NCBI GenBank assembly: GCA_050012475.1
Contig: JBEKHC010000047.1
Coordinates: 1 to 37,441 of the forward strand
Source: Candidatus Velthaea sp.
GTDB lineage: Bacteria; Vulcanimicrobiota; Vulcanimicrobiia; Vulcanimicrobiales; Vulcanimicrobiaceae
Direction: 5' to 3'
DNA: 37,441 nucleotides
In this document: piece after piece, positions 10,643 to 20,224 of the stretch
Numbering within the stretch: the first letter of the stretch is position 1
Layout: each line of letters opens with the position of its first letter
Program-made: the position numbers and the translations under genes
Notes under the pieces: model-generated
The model's database searches: none
What the model was told of the DNA's origin: nothing
What the model saw: the letters and a program-made list of their open reading frames with translations, nothing else

Positions 10643-11473
10643 GTGAAAGCAGCCCGCGAATCGAGCCGCTACGTCATCGGCGGTTTGGAATTAACTCGCG
10701 AAGAAATCGTGCACAAGTACCTGCACCTCGTGAAGTACGTTGCAGGGCGTATCTCTATCAACTTGCCCCCGAATGTCGAGATCAACGATCTCATCAACGA
10801 CGGCATCCTCGGCCTCATCGATGCCACGGAAAAGTACGACGATGCCCGCGGCGTCAAATTCGAAACCTATGCCATCACCCGCATCAACGGCGCGATCCTC
10901 GACGCGCTGCGCGCGCTCGACTGGGTCCCGCGGGCCGTCCGCCAGCGCGCGCGCGAACTCGAGCGCGTGTATCAAGAGCTCGAAGCAGAGTACGGCCGGG
11001 CCGCATCGCCCAACGAAGTAGCCGAGCGTATGGGGCTCACGCGTAAAGAACTCGACGTTCTCATGCAGAAGATCCGCGGAACGTCGGTGCTGTCGCTCGA
11101 AGAGTTTTTACCCAACGAAAAAGGGTACGAGATTCCACTGCTCGGCACGCTCAAGGATACGGAGACCGACGTCACCAGCGCGGTCGAAGCGCGTGAGGTC
11201 AAAGCCGCTTTGGTCAAGGCCGTCGAGGATCTGCCGCCCCAAGAGCGTACCGTCATCTCACTGTACTATTTCGAGGGCTTGACGCTCAAAGAAATCAAAG
11301 GTGTGCTCAACGTTTCGGAGTCGCGCGTGTCGCAGATTCACGCCCAGGCCGTGATCCATCTGCGCGGCAAACTGCGCGGCCTGACCGAGGATCTGGGCTA
11401 TCGCGAGGGCGATCCCAACGTCAAGCAAAAATACTTGCGCAAGTCACCGGCTCCGGACAGCGTTGCGGGATGA
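10643..11473 (+). CDS. fliA: FliA/WhiG family sigma-28 factor
   Basis: DLINDGILGLIDA, KFETYA..RINGAILDALRALDWVPR, LYYFEGLTLKEI..VLNVSESRVSQIH. Confidence 0.95.
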   Translation: MKAARESSRYVIGGLELTREEIVHKYLHLVKYVAGRISINLPPNVEINDLINDGILGLIDATEKYDDARGVKFETYAITRINGAILDALRALDWVPRAVRQRARELERVYQELEAEYGRAASPNEVAERMGLTRKELDVLMQKIRGTSVLSLEEFLPNEKGYEIPLLGTLKDTETDVTSAVEAREVKAALVKAVEDLPPQERTVISLYYFEGLTLKEIKGVLNVSESRVSQIHAQAVIHLRGKLRGLTEDLGYREGDPNVKQKYLRKSPAPDSVAG

Positions 11474-11787
11474 TTCGCCCGATCGATTTGCAGACGACGA
11501 TTCTGTCGGCGCAAAACGTGCCGGCGCCGCAGCGCGCCGAAGAAGGAACGCGGACGACGGCGCAAGCTGCGCAGGCCGCCTTTGCGGCCGAATTGACGCA
11601 CCGCGACGAATCGGTCGCGCCGGCCACGGAAGTACTGGGCAACCGCATCGACGCGAAGCCGGACGGCCAGGCGCGGCACGACGGTGACGGGCACAAACAC
11701 CAACACGCAGCGCCGTTCGACGACAGCGCCGGCGAGAGTGCCGCGGAGCCGGACGAACCGCCGCACATCGTCGATTTCACGGCGTGA
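11470..11787 (+). CDS. Small hypothetical protein coupled to fliA
   Basis: ATGA overlap with the fliA stop. MIRPIDLQ N-terminus and HIVDFTA C-terminus resemble small proteins of Firmicutes-type flagellar operons (recognition only). Confidence 0.7.
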   Translation: MIRPIDLQTTILSAQNVPAPQRAEEGTRTTAQAAQAAFAAELTHRDESVAPATEVLGNRIDAKPDGQARHDGDGHKHQHAAPFDDSAGESAAEPDEPPHIVDFTA

Positions 11788-11806
11788 GTGACGCTGCCGG
11801 TTCGCC

Positions 11807-13789
11807 GTGTCGGTCAACCCGTTAAGCGCGGGCGCGCTCCCGCCCAACATCGCCGCGATCATCGCCGAAGAACTAGCTGCGTTGGCTGCCGACGCCCAAA
11901 CGCTGGCCAGCCAGGTGTCTCCCGGCGACATTATCCCCGCGGTCGTGCTGCCCTCGAACGGGCTGACCGATCTCCTCAGCGTCAACGGACTGCGGGTTGC
12001 TGCGGAATTGCCGCCCAGCCTGGTGCCGGGCGAAAACATCACGGTGCTCGTCACCGGTTTCGACGGCGAGCGCATCAATTTGCAGATCGTGCCGACGCCG
12101 CCGACCGAACCGAACCCCTCGTTCGGCGCGGCGCAGCCTGCGCCGCTGCGTTCGGCCGATGCAGCGCAAGCCGCGTCACCGCCGGTCGCTCCCGCTGCTC
12201 CCGATCTTGTCCGAACGCCTCCGGGCAGCGCTCCGGCACCCGCCTCACCGCCGGCGCCCGCAGCGTCGGCTCCGGCCGCCGCCGCGGGGCGCGCATCGGC
12301 AGCCAGCGTCCCGCCCGCGCCAGCCGCCGCAGAAGCAACCCCTCCGCCGCGGTTTGCTGCTGCGCAGCCGCTGTATCGGCCCGGCGCACCGGCGATGCCG
12401 CCGGTGTTGAAGTCGATCGAAGCGCGACTTGCCACCGCGCACGCGACAGCGACGCCGCTTTCCCGGCCGCCCGCGCCGGCGCCGGCGCCGGCTCCTTCGG
12501 GCGCGAAGTCCGTGCCGGTCCCCGCGAGTCACCTGCTCCCGCCCGCAGTGACGCCCCGCCCGGCGCCAAGCGGCGGACGTCCTCCGCTCAATCCGGCTGC
12601 GCCGCCGGCTCGACCTTTGCGGGCCGCCGATAACCCGAGTCCGTTCGGCGCGAAGCCGATGCGGGCGGACGCGGCGCGCCTGCCGCCGGGTGTTTCGACC
12701 GCGGTTCCGCGTCCGGTCATCGCGGCGCGGCAACCCTTGCAGGGCGCCGCGGGGCCCGCTGCGCTGGCCGCGCCGGCGGCGATGCGCGGCCCGGCGGCGT
12801 TTACCGATCCGGCGGCGCTGCTGCGTGCGCTGCACTTGCCGGTCACCGCGACCAACGTGGCCGCTGCGCGAATGGCGCTCGAGTCGCCGGAAAAACTGCC
12901 GAACGCGCTCGCAACGCTGGAGCGGGCGCTGGCGAACGTCGCCGATCCGCGCGTTGCTACGCTGAGCACGCTCGTCACCTTCCTCGCCCGGATCGATCCG
13001 CGGTCACCGGTGCTCGCAGCGCAAATCGCCGCTTTCGCCGATCATGTGGTTACCGGGCGCGAGGCCAAGATCGCACAGCTCGCAGGCGCCGTCGAAGAGA
13101 CGACCGCGCCGGCCGCGCCGGCGCGGAGCAGCGCCGACCCCGAACGGGCGCCGGCTGCGGAACGTCAAGCCGAAGCTCCGTCCCCGCCGCTGAACGCGCG
13201 TGCGGCGGTGGTCCGCGCGGCATTGGACTACGATCTCAAGACGCAGCTGCTGACCGTCGCCGCCGGCCGCGCCGCGGGGACCGAAGCGGCAATGCCCAAG
13301 GACACGGCGTTCGATCGCGCGATTGCCGGAACGTTGACGGCGATTACCGCGCTGCAGCTCACTGCTGCGACCACGCTGAGCGCGAACCCCGACGGGCTCG
13401 CGTTCACGCTGCCGATCGCCTTGCCCGACGGATTTGCCGCCGCGCACGTCCGGATCGACGGCGACGCCGCCGCCGGCCGGAAACAGCCCCTCGACGGCGA
13501 TAACTTCCACATCGCGTTCGTGTTGGAAACTCGCCACCTGGGTGTGGTCGCGATCGACCTCATGACCGTGGGGCGGGCGGTGACGTTGAGCGTGAAAACC
13601 GAAGCCGTGGTCGCGCAGCGCGTGTTCGCCAAAGCGCTGGACCGCCTGACGGTGCGGCTCGAAGCGCTGCGCTATAGCGTCGCCAAGGCCGATGCCGCGG
13701 TCGCCCCGCCGCTCGCCGCCGAAAAGCCGGCCCCGCCGATGCCGGGGCGCCCGGCGGAGGCGGCCCGCTTGGTGGATTGCGACGCATGA
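11807..13789 (+). CDS. FliK-like (hook-length-control-like) Pro/Ala-rich protein
   Basis: Long low-complexity Pro/Ala centre; C-terminal FHIAFVLETRHLGVVAIDL..VTLSVKTE resembles the FliK C-terminal domain; overlaps the next gene, which encodes an FlhB-CC-like protein. Confidence 0.65.
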   Translation: MSVNPLSAGALPPNIAAIIAEELAALAADAQTLASQVSPGDIIPAVVLPSNGLTDLLSVNGLRVAAELPPSLVPGENITVLVTGFDGERINLQIVPTPPTEPNPSFGAAQPAPLRSADAAQAASPPVAPAAPDLVRTPPGSAPAPASPPAPAASAPAAAAGRASAASVPPAPAAAEATPPPRFAAAQPLYRPGAPAMPPVLKSIEARLATAHATATPLSRPPAPAPAPAPSGAKSVPVPASHLLPPAVTPRPAPSGGRPPLNPAAPPARPLRAADNPSPFGAKPMRADAARLPPGVSTAVPRPVIAARQPLQGAAGPAALAAPAAMRGPAAFTDPAALLRALHLPVTATNVAAARMALESPEKLPNALATLERALANVADPRVATLSTLVTFLARIDPRSPVLAAQIAAFADHVVTGREAKIAQLAGAVEETTAPAAPARSSADPERAPAAERQAEAPSPPLNARAAVVRAALDYDLKTQLLTVAAGRAAGTEAAMPKDTAFDRAIAGTLTAITALQLTAATTLSANPDGLAFTLPIALPDGFAAAHVRIDGDAAAGRKQPLDGDNFHIAFVLETRHLGVVAIDLMTVGRAVTLSVKTEAVVAQRVFAKALDRLTVRLEALRYSVAKADAAVAPPLAAEKPAPPMPGRPAEAARLVDCDA

Positions 13790-14106
13790 ACCGGCGCTTT
13801 TACGACACGCGACGCACCAAGACCGAACGGGCCGCCGCCGCCGCGCTCACCTACGACCCGTTGGGCAACGCACCCCCCGAGATAACCGCGTCCGGCAGCG
13901 GACTCGTCGCCGAGCGCATCATCGCGCTGGCCCGCGAGCACCACGTTCCGCTGCACCAAGATCCCGGACTGGTCGAAGCGCTCTCGCGTCTGGAAGTCGG
14001 CTCGCTCATCCCGCGCGAACTGTACACCGTGGTCGCCGAGATCTTGGCGTTCGTGTACGCCGTCGATGCCGAACAGCAGCAGGAGTCGACGAACGCCGCG
14101 CCCTGA
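13786..14106 (+). CDS. Stand-alone FlhB C-terminal-domain protein (EscU/YscU/HrcU-like, YlqH/FlhX type)
   Basis: AAALTYD...PEITASGSGLVAERIIALAREHHVPLHQDPGLVEAL..LEVGSLIPRELYTVVAEILAFVY; no TM segment and no NPTH; ATGA overlap with the upstream gene. Confidence 0.9.
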   Translation: MNRRFYDTRRTKTERAAAAALTYDPLGNAPPEITASGSGLVAERIIALAREHHVPLHQDPGLVEALSRLEVGSLIPRELYTVVAEILAFVYAVDAEQQQESTNAAP

Positions 14107-14178
14107 ATCGGCCGGGTCCGCATGCGCGGGGCGGTCTGCGGCGGGGGCGGTTCAGCCGGCAGGGAACGTGAACGCACC

Positions 14179-15093
14179 GTGAGCTGGTTCGCAAAACTCA
14201 AAGCAAGTTTGACCGGGTCGCGTGATTCGCTCGCGGGACTCGAGACGATGGCCCTGGCCAGGCGCCCCGTCGACGACGACATGTGGGATGATTTCGAGGA
14301 GATCCTCATCGGCGCGGACTTCGGCGTTCCGACGACCGAAAAGATCATCGACGCGCTCAAAGTCGTCGCCAAGCAAGACCGCTACGCGTCGAGCGACCAA
14401 GTCGTCGCGCGCTTCAAACGCGACGTTCAGAATTTTCTGACGCTGCCCAACGCAACGCTCGCGCTCGATCGCAAGCCGGCCGTGGTGCTCGTCGTCGGCG
14501 TCAACGGCAGCGGGAAGACGACGACGATCGGCAAGCTCGCGACCGCGCTGCGCAAAGCCCGCAAGCGGGTCCTGGTCGTGGCCGCCGATACGTTTCGCGC
14601 GGCCGCCGCCGAACAGCTTGCGGTGTGGGCCGAACGCTCGGGCGCCGATTTCATTCGCGGCAACGAAGGCTCCGATCCGTCGTCGGTTGTGTTCGACGGC
14701 ATGGTCGCGGCCAAGGCGCGCGGCTTCGACGTCGTACTCGTCGACACCGCCGGCCGGCTGCAGACCAAAACGAATCTGATGGAAGAACTCAAGAAGATGC
14801 GGCGTGTGATCGAGCGTGAGATGGGCGCTCCGCCCGCGGAGACGCTGCTCGTCGTCGACGGCACGACCGGTCAGAACGCGCTGTCGCAAGCGCGGCTGTT
14901 CAACGAGGCGACCCTGCTGACGGGGATCGTCGTAACCAAACTCGACTCGACCTCAAAAGGCGGCGTCCTCGTGGGGATCGTCGATCAGCTCACGGTCCCG
15001 ATCAAATACATCGGGCTGGGCGAGTCAGCGGATGCCCTTCAGCCGTTCGACCCCGTCCAATTCACCAAAGCGCTGTTCGAGACCGCGGCATAA
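14179..15093 (+). CDS. ftsY: Signal recognition particle receptor FtsY (NG domain only)
   Basis: GVNGSGKTTTIGKLA, AADTFRAAA, DTAGRLQTKTNLMEEL, TKLD, GLGE; GTG start at 14179 gives MSWFAKLK. Confidence 0.96.
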   Translation: MSWFAKLKASLTGSRDSLAGLETMALARRPVDDDMWDDFEEILIGADFGVPTTEKIIDALKVVAKQDRYASSDQVVARFKRDVQNFLTLPNATLALDRKPAVVLVVGVNGSGKTTTIGKLATALRKARKRVLVVAADTFRAAAAEQLAVWAERSGADFIRGNEGSDPSSVVFDGMVAAKARGFDVVLVDTAGRLQTKTNLMEELKKMRRVIEREMGAPPAETLLVVDGTTGQNALSQARLFNEATLLTGIVVTKLDSTSKGGVLVGIVDQLTVPIKYIGLGESADALQPFDPVQFTKALFETAA

Positions 15094-15162
15094 TCCCGGC
15101 ATAATCGTAGGGTACGGCGCTGCGCGCCGAACCGCGGTCGCGTTTCGGGGTTGCGCTCGCAG

Positions 15163-16215
15163 CTAAAGCGGAGCGTGGTTTGCGTGGGTCGGACGTCGCA
15201 GGCCGTCGCCGACGTTGAAGCGCTGACCCCCGGCGACGCGGTTGTTGTGCGCATTGGCGGCGCTTTGGAGCGCGATCGAGGCCAGCGCGCGAACGACGCG
15301 GACGCCGTTGGCGACGTCGGTCGGCGGGACCGGACCGCCGCGCACCCAGCGCAAAAACGCCTGCAGTTCATCGCGCAGCGGATCGATTCCCGGAAACGAT
15401 TCGACGATCGGCTCACCGTAGCTCGTCGGCAGGACGCCCTCGCTCGGACGATCGGCTCGGAACGACCGTTTGGCGAGGGTCGAGACGGCGCGCGCCGTTT
15501 CGACGCTGATGACGCCGCGCGTTCCGAAAACATCGATGCGCGAACTTTTGTCCGGATCGAGCCAGCTGACTTCGATGTGCGCGGAGCGGCCGGCATCGAA
15601 CTGCAGATCTGCGTACACGAAATCAGAGATGCCCTCTTGCATCCGCGCGTGTTCGCACGCCGAATACGACTCGGGCTCGCCCAACAGGCTGAGCATCAGC
15701 GCGACGTCGTGCGGGGCAAAGCTCCACCACACGTTCTCGTTCGTGCGAATCCGGCCCGGACTCAGCCGGCGCAGCCGAACGTGAACGATATCGCCGATCT
15801 CGCCGCGAGCGATCGTCTCTTGCAGCGTCACGATCGCCTGATGGTAGAGCAGCAAATGGCCGACGAAGACTTTGCAGCCGCGTTTTTCGGCGGCCCGGGC
15901 AACCGCGATTGCACCCTCTTCGGTGAGGGCCAGCGGCTTCTCGACGAAAACGTCCTTGCCGCGAGCGATCGCGCGCAAGGCGAGTTCAACGTGCGTATTC
16001 GCCGAGGTCGTAACGGCGATCGCATCGACCGCGCTTTCGATGATCTCGTCCGCGCTTTGGGTAATCGGCGTGTCCGGAAAGGATGCGTGCACCGCGCGCA
16101 GGTTATCGGCGTTGAGGTCGGCAACCGCCGCGAGCTCGCCCAGTCCGGCCAGCGCGCGAATGACGTTCTTCCCCCATTTCCCAGCGCCGATGACGCCAAC
16201 CGAGGGGCTACTCAC
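15163..16215 (-). CDS. Gfo/Idh/MocA oxidoreductase (possible WbpB-like UDP-sugar 3-dehydrogenase)
   Basis: GVIGAGKWG, VFVEKP, VGHLLLYH, ENVWWSFAPHD; GTG 16215 overlaps the stop of the upstream dehydrogenase. Confidence 0.85.
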   Translation of the reverse strand: MSSPSVGVIGAGKWGKNVIRALAGLGELAAVADLNADNLRAVHASFPDTPITQSADEIIESAVDAIAVTTSANTHVELALRAIARGKDVFVEKPLALTEEGAIAVARAAEKRGCKVFVGHLLLYHQAIVTLQETIARGEIGDIVHVRLRRLSPGRIRTNENVWWSFAPHDVALMLSLLGEPESYSACEHARMQEGISDFVYADLQFDAGRSAHIEVSWLDPDKSSRIDVFGTRGVISVETARAVSTLAKRSFRADRPSEGVLPTSYGEPIVESFPGIDPLRDELQAFLRWVRGGPVPPTDVANGVRVVRALASIALQSAANAHNNRVAGGQRFNVGDGLRRPTHANHAPL

Positions 16216-17558
16216 AAGCGCACGATATTCGACGCACCGACGATGTCGGCCGTAGCGTTGCGCGTATCGACGACCAGCGGCGCCGTATCGACGATGAACC
16301 GCCAATCGATGTTCGAGTGATCCGAGAGCACGACCGCGCAATCGCAGCCGGAAAGCAATTCGGCGGTCAGATCCGAGCTGAGCCGGCGCGTACCGGTTGC
16401 ATCGACGATGCTGGGAACGTATGGGTCGTGGAAAGCGACCGCGGCGCCTTCCTTTTCCAGAAGTTCGAGCAGCTTCGTCGCCGGAGACTCGCGCCAGTCG
16501 CCGATGTCGCGTTTGTACGACATGCCGATGAAAACGATCTGCGAACCCTTGAGCGAGCGTTCACGCCCGTTGAGGGCGCGCGCGACTTTATCGCGGACGA
16601 AGTACGGCATCGACTTGTTGATCTCGCCGGCGAGTTCGATGAACCGCGTGTTGAAGTCGTACTGTTTGGCCTTCCAGGCCAAGTAGAACGGATCGATCGG
16701 AATGCAGTGCCCGCCGACCCCCGGTCCGGGCTCGAAGCGCATGATGCCGAAGGGCTTGGTCGCCGCCGCGTCGACGACTTCCCAAACGCTGATGTCCATC
16801 TTGTCGCACAGCAGCGCGAGTTCGTTGACCAGCGCGATGTTCACCGAGCGAAAGACGTTCTCGAACACCTTCGTCATCTCGGCGACGCGCGGGCTGGAGA
16901 CGGTCACGACATCGACGATCGTCTGCTGATAGAAGTGCGCTGCGACTTCGAGACAGCGCGGGGTGAGGCCGCCGACGATTTTGTTGGTGTTGCGAGTGGA
17001 GTAGCGGCGGTTGCCGGGGTCGACGCGCTCGGGGGAAAACGCGACGAAGAAGTCTTCGCCGGCAACCAAACCGCCGGCGCTGAGGATGGGGACGACGACC
17101 TCTTCGGTCGTCCCCGGATAGGTCGTGCTCTCCAATGAAATCAGCTGACCGGGCCGAAGCTGCGCGGCGATCTGCTCGGTGACGCTGCGGATATACGAGA
17201 TGTCCGGATCGCGGTTGGGCGTCAACGGGGTGGGCACGCAGATCACGATCACGTCGCACTCGCGCAGCCGCGTGTTGTCGGTGGTCGCGACGATTTGGCC
17301 GCGTTCCACGGCGAACGCCAGATCGGATTGGCGCACGTCGCCGACGTAGCTCTCACCCCGGTTCACGGCGTTGGTGCGCACTTCGTTGTAGTCGAACCCG
17401 ATGACGCGATAGCCGACCTTCGCCTTTTCAACCGCCAGCGGAAGACCCACGTAGCCCAAGCCGACCACGCCGACGACGGCGGTGCGGTGCAGGATCTTCT
17501 CTTTGAGCTGATCGCGGCTGCTGCGGAGCGTAGCCTGCATCAGCGAGTCGACTTCCAT
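16212..17558 (-). CDS. Nucleotide-sugar 6-dehydrogenase (UDP-GlcNAc/GalNAc dehydrogenase, WbpA/WecC family)
   Basis: VVGLGYVGLPLA, ICVPTP, LESTTYPGTT, FSPERVDPG, KVFEN.FRSVNIALVNE, catalytic GPGVGGHCIPIDP, RESP. Confidence 0.93.
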   Translation of the reverse strand: MEVDSLMQATLRSSRDQLKEKILHRTAVVGVVGLGYVGLPLAVEKAKVGYRVIGFDYNEVRTNAVNRGESYVGDVRQSDLAFAVERGQIVATTDNTRLRECDVIVICVPTPLTPNRDPDISYIRSVTEQIAAQLRPGQLISLESTTYPGTTEEVVVPILSAGGLVAGEDFFVAFSPERVDPGNRRYSTRNTNKIVGGLTPRCLEVAAHFYQQTIVDVVTVSSPRVAEMTKVFENVFRSVNIALVNELALLCDKMDISVWEVVDAAATKPFGIMRFEPGPGVGGHCIPIDPFYLAWKAKQYDFNTRFIELAGEINKSMPYFVRDKVARALNGRERSLKGSQIVFIGMSYKRDIGDWRESPATKLLELLEKEGAAVAFHDPYVPSIVDATGTRRLSSDLTAELLSGCDCAVVLSDHSNIDWRFIVDTAPLVVDTRNATADIVGASNIVRL

Positions 17559-17567
17559 TGACAGATC

Positions 17568-17595
17568 GTATCGGCACGGGACGCATCAAGTGTAG
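17568..17595 (-). promoter_or_regulatory. Putative sigma-28 promoter for the sugar dehydrogenase operon
   Basis: Minus strand reads CTACA-N15-GCCGATAC, ending 9 nt before ATG 17558; consensus is TAAA-N15-GCCGATAA/T. Confidence 0.5.
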
Positions 17596-17666
17596 GGACA
17601 TTGGGCCTAGCGTCGCGGATTCGTGGAACCCCTCAATTCGCGCGCCCGAACGCCTAAGATAACGAT

Positions 17667-18725
17667 ATGACGGACAGGATAGGCTCGCCCGCGCGCCTTG
17701 CGATCGTGGGCGCCGGTGCAATCGCGGAGAGTTACCTTCGCGCGCTCGAAACGCTGTCCGGCGCCGAACTCGTGGCGCTTGCCGATGTCGACCAGACGCG
17801 GGCGCAGACGATCGCCGGGCGGCTGAACGTTCCGGCGTTCGGCGGTCACCGCGAGCTGCTGGCCACGGTCCCGTGCGATGCGATCGTCGTCTGCACGCCG
17901 CCGGCGTATCACATGGAAGTCGCGATCGACGCGCTGCGATCGGGTGTCCACGTGCTGTGCGAAAAGCCCTTGTCGATCGGCGCGTTCGCCGCCCGGCGCA
18001 TGTACGCCGCGGCACTCGAGAACGGCCGGGTCCTCACCATGGCCTCGAAGTTCCGCTTCTTCGCGGACATCGTGCGGGCCAAGGCGTTGATGCTCGACGG
18101 CGCGGTCGGCAAAGTGCTGCGCGTCGAGAACACCTTCATGTCGCGCGTCGATATGACCGGGCGCTGGAACAGCCGGGTCGAAACCAGCGGCGGCGGGGTG
18201 ATCATCGACAACGGAACGCACTCGGTCGACATCATGCGCTTCCTGCTCGGGCCGCTGACGGCGGCGTACGCCGTCGACACCTCGACCGATTCGCGGTACG
18301 ACGGCTGCGACGAGAGCGCGAGTCTGTTCGTCCGTAACGCGGCGGGCATCGTGGGCGCGATCGGCCTGTCGTGGAGCTTTGCCGCTCCGGACGGCACGTT
18401 CTTGCGCATTCTGGGAACGGAAGGTCGGATCGAGGTCGGCTGGGCCGGAGCCGCTTGCACCCGCGGGGAGGGAGAAGCGGTGAACTTCGGCACGGGCTAC
18501 GACAAATTGCGCTCGCTGGCCGCGCAGATCGAAAACTTCATCGCCGCCGTTCGGGGCGAGGCGCCGCCCGCGGTCAGCCGCGAGGATGCGATCGCATCGG
18601 TCGAGGTCATCGACGCCGCATACGATTCGGTGCGCCGCAGCGCTTGGAGCGCCGTTGAATTGCGCCGGCTGACCCCGTTCGAGCGACTGATCGCGGTCGA
18701 GGGCATCGCCGCCGGCGCCGGCTAA
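17667..18725 (+). CDS. Gfo/Idh/MocA family oxidoreductase
   Basis: AIVGAGAIA, VCTPPAYH, HVLCEKP, SGGGVIIDNGTHSVD. Confidence 0.9.
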   Translation: MTDRIGSPARLAIVGAGAIAESYLRALETLSGAELVALADVDQTRAQTIAGRLNVPAFGGHRELLATVPCDAIVVCTPPAYHMEVAIDALRSGVHVLCEKPLSIGAFAARRMYAAALENGRVLTMASKFRFFADIVRAKALMLDGAVGKVLRVENTFMSRVDMTGRWNSRVETSGGGVIIDNGTHSVDIMRFLLGPLTAAYAVDTSTDSRYDGCDESASLFVRNAAGIVGAIGLSWSFAAPDGTFLRILGTEGRIEVGWAGAACTRGEGEAVNFGTGYDKLRSLAAQIENFIAAVRGEAPPAVSREDAIASVEVIDAAYDSVRRSAWSAVELRRLTPFERLIAVEGIAAGAG

Positions 18726-18850
18726 CACGAAACGGTCTCGCGCGTAGCGCGAAGCACACGGTGCGACGTTCACGTCGAGTTCGCGCGAGAAGTACTCGAC
18801 GGCGTCCGGCACGTGTACGCGCGAGGATCCTGGGGAGGTACTAACGGTCG

Positions 18851-20191
18851 ATGGCGATAGCAGTAGCGACGTTCGCATCATCGCGAAAGCACAGCCGCTT
18901 TCTGACGGCGTCGCTGATCGTTGCCGATGCGATCGTGCTGACGCTGTCGGTGCTGGTTGCCGATCGGCCGCATCGCATTCCCACCGAGGCGCTCTGCGCT
19001 GCGGCGCTGATCGCGCTGGGCATGCTCGCGATGTCGGGCACCTACCGTCGTTCGTTCGGCGGGTCGATGCGCGACGAATGGTACGCGGTCGGTGCCGCTT
19101 TGGGTGTCGCTGCGGCACCGCTGGTGGTTCTCACCGTGGTCTTCCCGGCATTTTCGAACGGCCGCCTGATGGTCGCGGAGTTCGCCGGGCTGGCCTTCAT
19201 CGGGATCGCGACGAGCCGGACCATCGTCCACAGCCAACGCGCGCCGCGCCGGCTGGCCATCGTCGGCGCCTCCGACCGCATCGATTTGGCGTTGATGTAT
19301 CTGCGGCCCCGGCGTGACGACGCGCTGCTGCGCCTGCCGGTGGCGGATATCGAAGCGACGCTCGGCGACGATCGGACCATCCCGCCATGGCTCCAAGGCG
19401 CGATCGTTTGGGGCGTGAGCCGAGTGATCGTCACCGAGGTCTTGCCGCCCGAGTGCTTGCGGCGCATCATCGACATCGCTGCCCGGCACAACGTCAGCAT
19501 CGAGATCGCGCTCACCCGCCTGCGCTCGCGCTGCTGCCAGATGCACGTTGAACGCGAAGGCGGTCTGACGTTGCTGTGCCCGCGTCCGTTAGCCATCTGC
19601 ACGACCGCCGCGCAAGCGTACAAGCGCGTTCTCGACCTCGTGCTGACCATACCGGCGGTCGTCGTGCTTATTCCGTTAGCGGCGATGTGCGCGCTGGCGA
19701 TCAAACTCGATTCGCCGGGGCCCGTCATCTATCGCCAGACACGGGTCGGCAAGAACGGCGTGGCCTTCGAGATGCTCAAGTTCCGCTCGATGTGGCAAGA
19801 CGCGGAGGCGAAGACCGGGCCGGTGTGGGCCGATCCGGCGCTGCCGCGCGCAACGCGCGTCGGCCGTTTCCTGCGCCGCACGAGCATCGACGAGCTGCCG
19901 CAGCTGATCAACGTCTTACGCGGTGAGATGTCGCTGATCGGTCCGCGGCCCGAACGCCCCCATTTCGTCGAGCGCTTTCGGCGCGAGCTACCGCACTACG
20001 ACGAACGCCTGCTGGTATCGCCGGGAATTACCGGCTGGTCGCAGGTTTCGATGTCGCGCATCCTGGCCACCGACGACATCTCGCTCAAGCTCGAAGGGGA
20101 TCTGTTTTACCTCTCCGAGTGGTCGCCGCTCCTCGACGCCCAGATCATCGTCAAAACGGCGGTCGAGTGCCTCTTTCACCGCGTCGCCTGA
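18851..20191 (+). CDS. Priming polyprenyl-phosphate phosphoglycosyl transferase (WcaJ/WbaP-like), paralog 1
   Basis: N-terminal TM segments; C-terminal KRVLDL, IKLDSPGPVIYRQ.RVG, KFRSM, TRVGRFLRRTSIDELPQLINVLRGEMSLIGPRPE, PGITGWSQ; 446 aa. Confidence 0.92.
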   Translation: MAIAVATFASSRKHSRFLTASLIVADAIVLTLSVLVADRPHRIPTEALCAAALIALGMLAMSGTYRRSFGGSMRDEWYAVGAALGVAAAPLVVLTVVFPAFSNGRLMVAEFAGLAFIGIATSRTIVHSQRAPRRLAIVGASDRIDLALMYLRPRRDDALLRLPVADIEATLGDDRTIPPWLQGAIVWGVSRVIVTEVLPPECLRRIIDIAARHNVSIEIALTRLRSRCCQMHVEREGGLTLLCPRPLAICTTAAQAYKRVLDLVLTIPAVVVLIPLAAMCALAIKLDSPGPVIYRQTRVGKNGVAFEMLKFRSMWQDAEAKTGPVWADPALPRATRVGRFLRRTSIDELPQLINVLRGEMSLIGPRPERPHFVERFRRELPHYDERLLVSPGITGWSQVSMSRILATDDISLKLEGDLFYLSEWSPLLDAQIIVKTAVECLFHRVA

Positions 20192-20224
20192 CGCACTCCG
20201 CCGCGGGAACGCTCGACCGCGAGG

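Noticed and set aside
11807..14106. Non-flagellar type III secretion system
   Set aside because: Context is flagellar/chemotaxis (fliA, cheR, cheB) and no injectisome genes are present.
15114..15147. Possible fourth degenerate REP unit after ftsY (CGGCGC-TGC-GCGCCG)
   Set aside because: Single short hairpin with weak flank similarity; cannot be separated from an ordinary GC stem.
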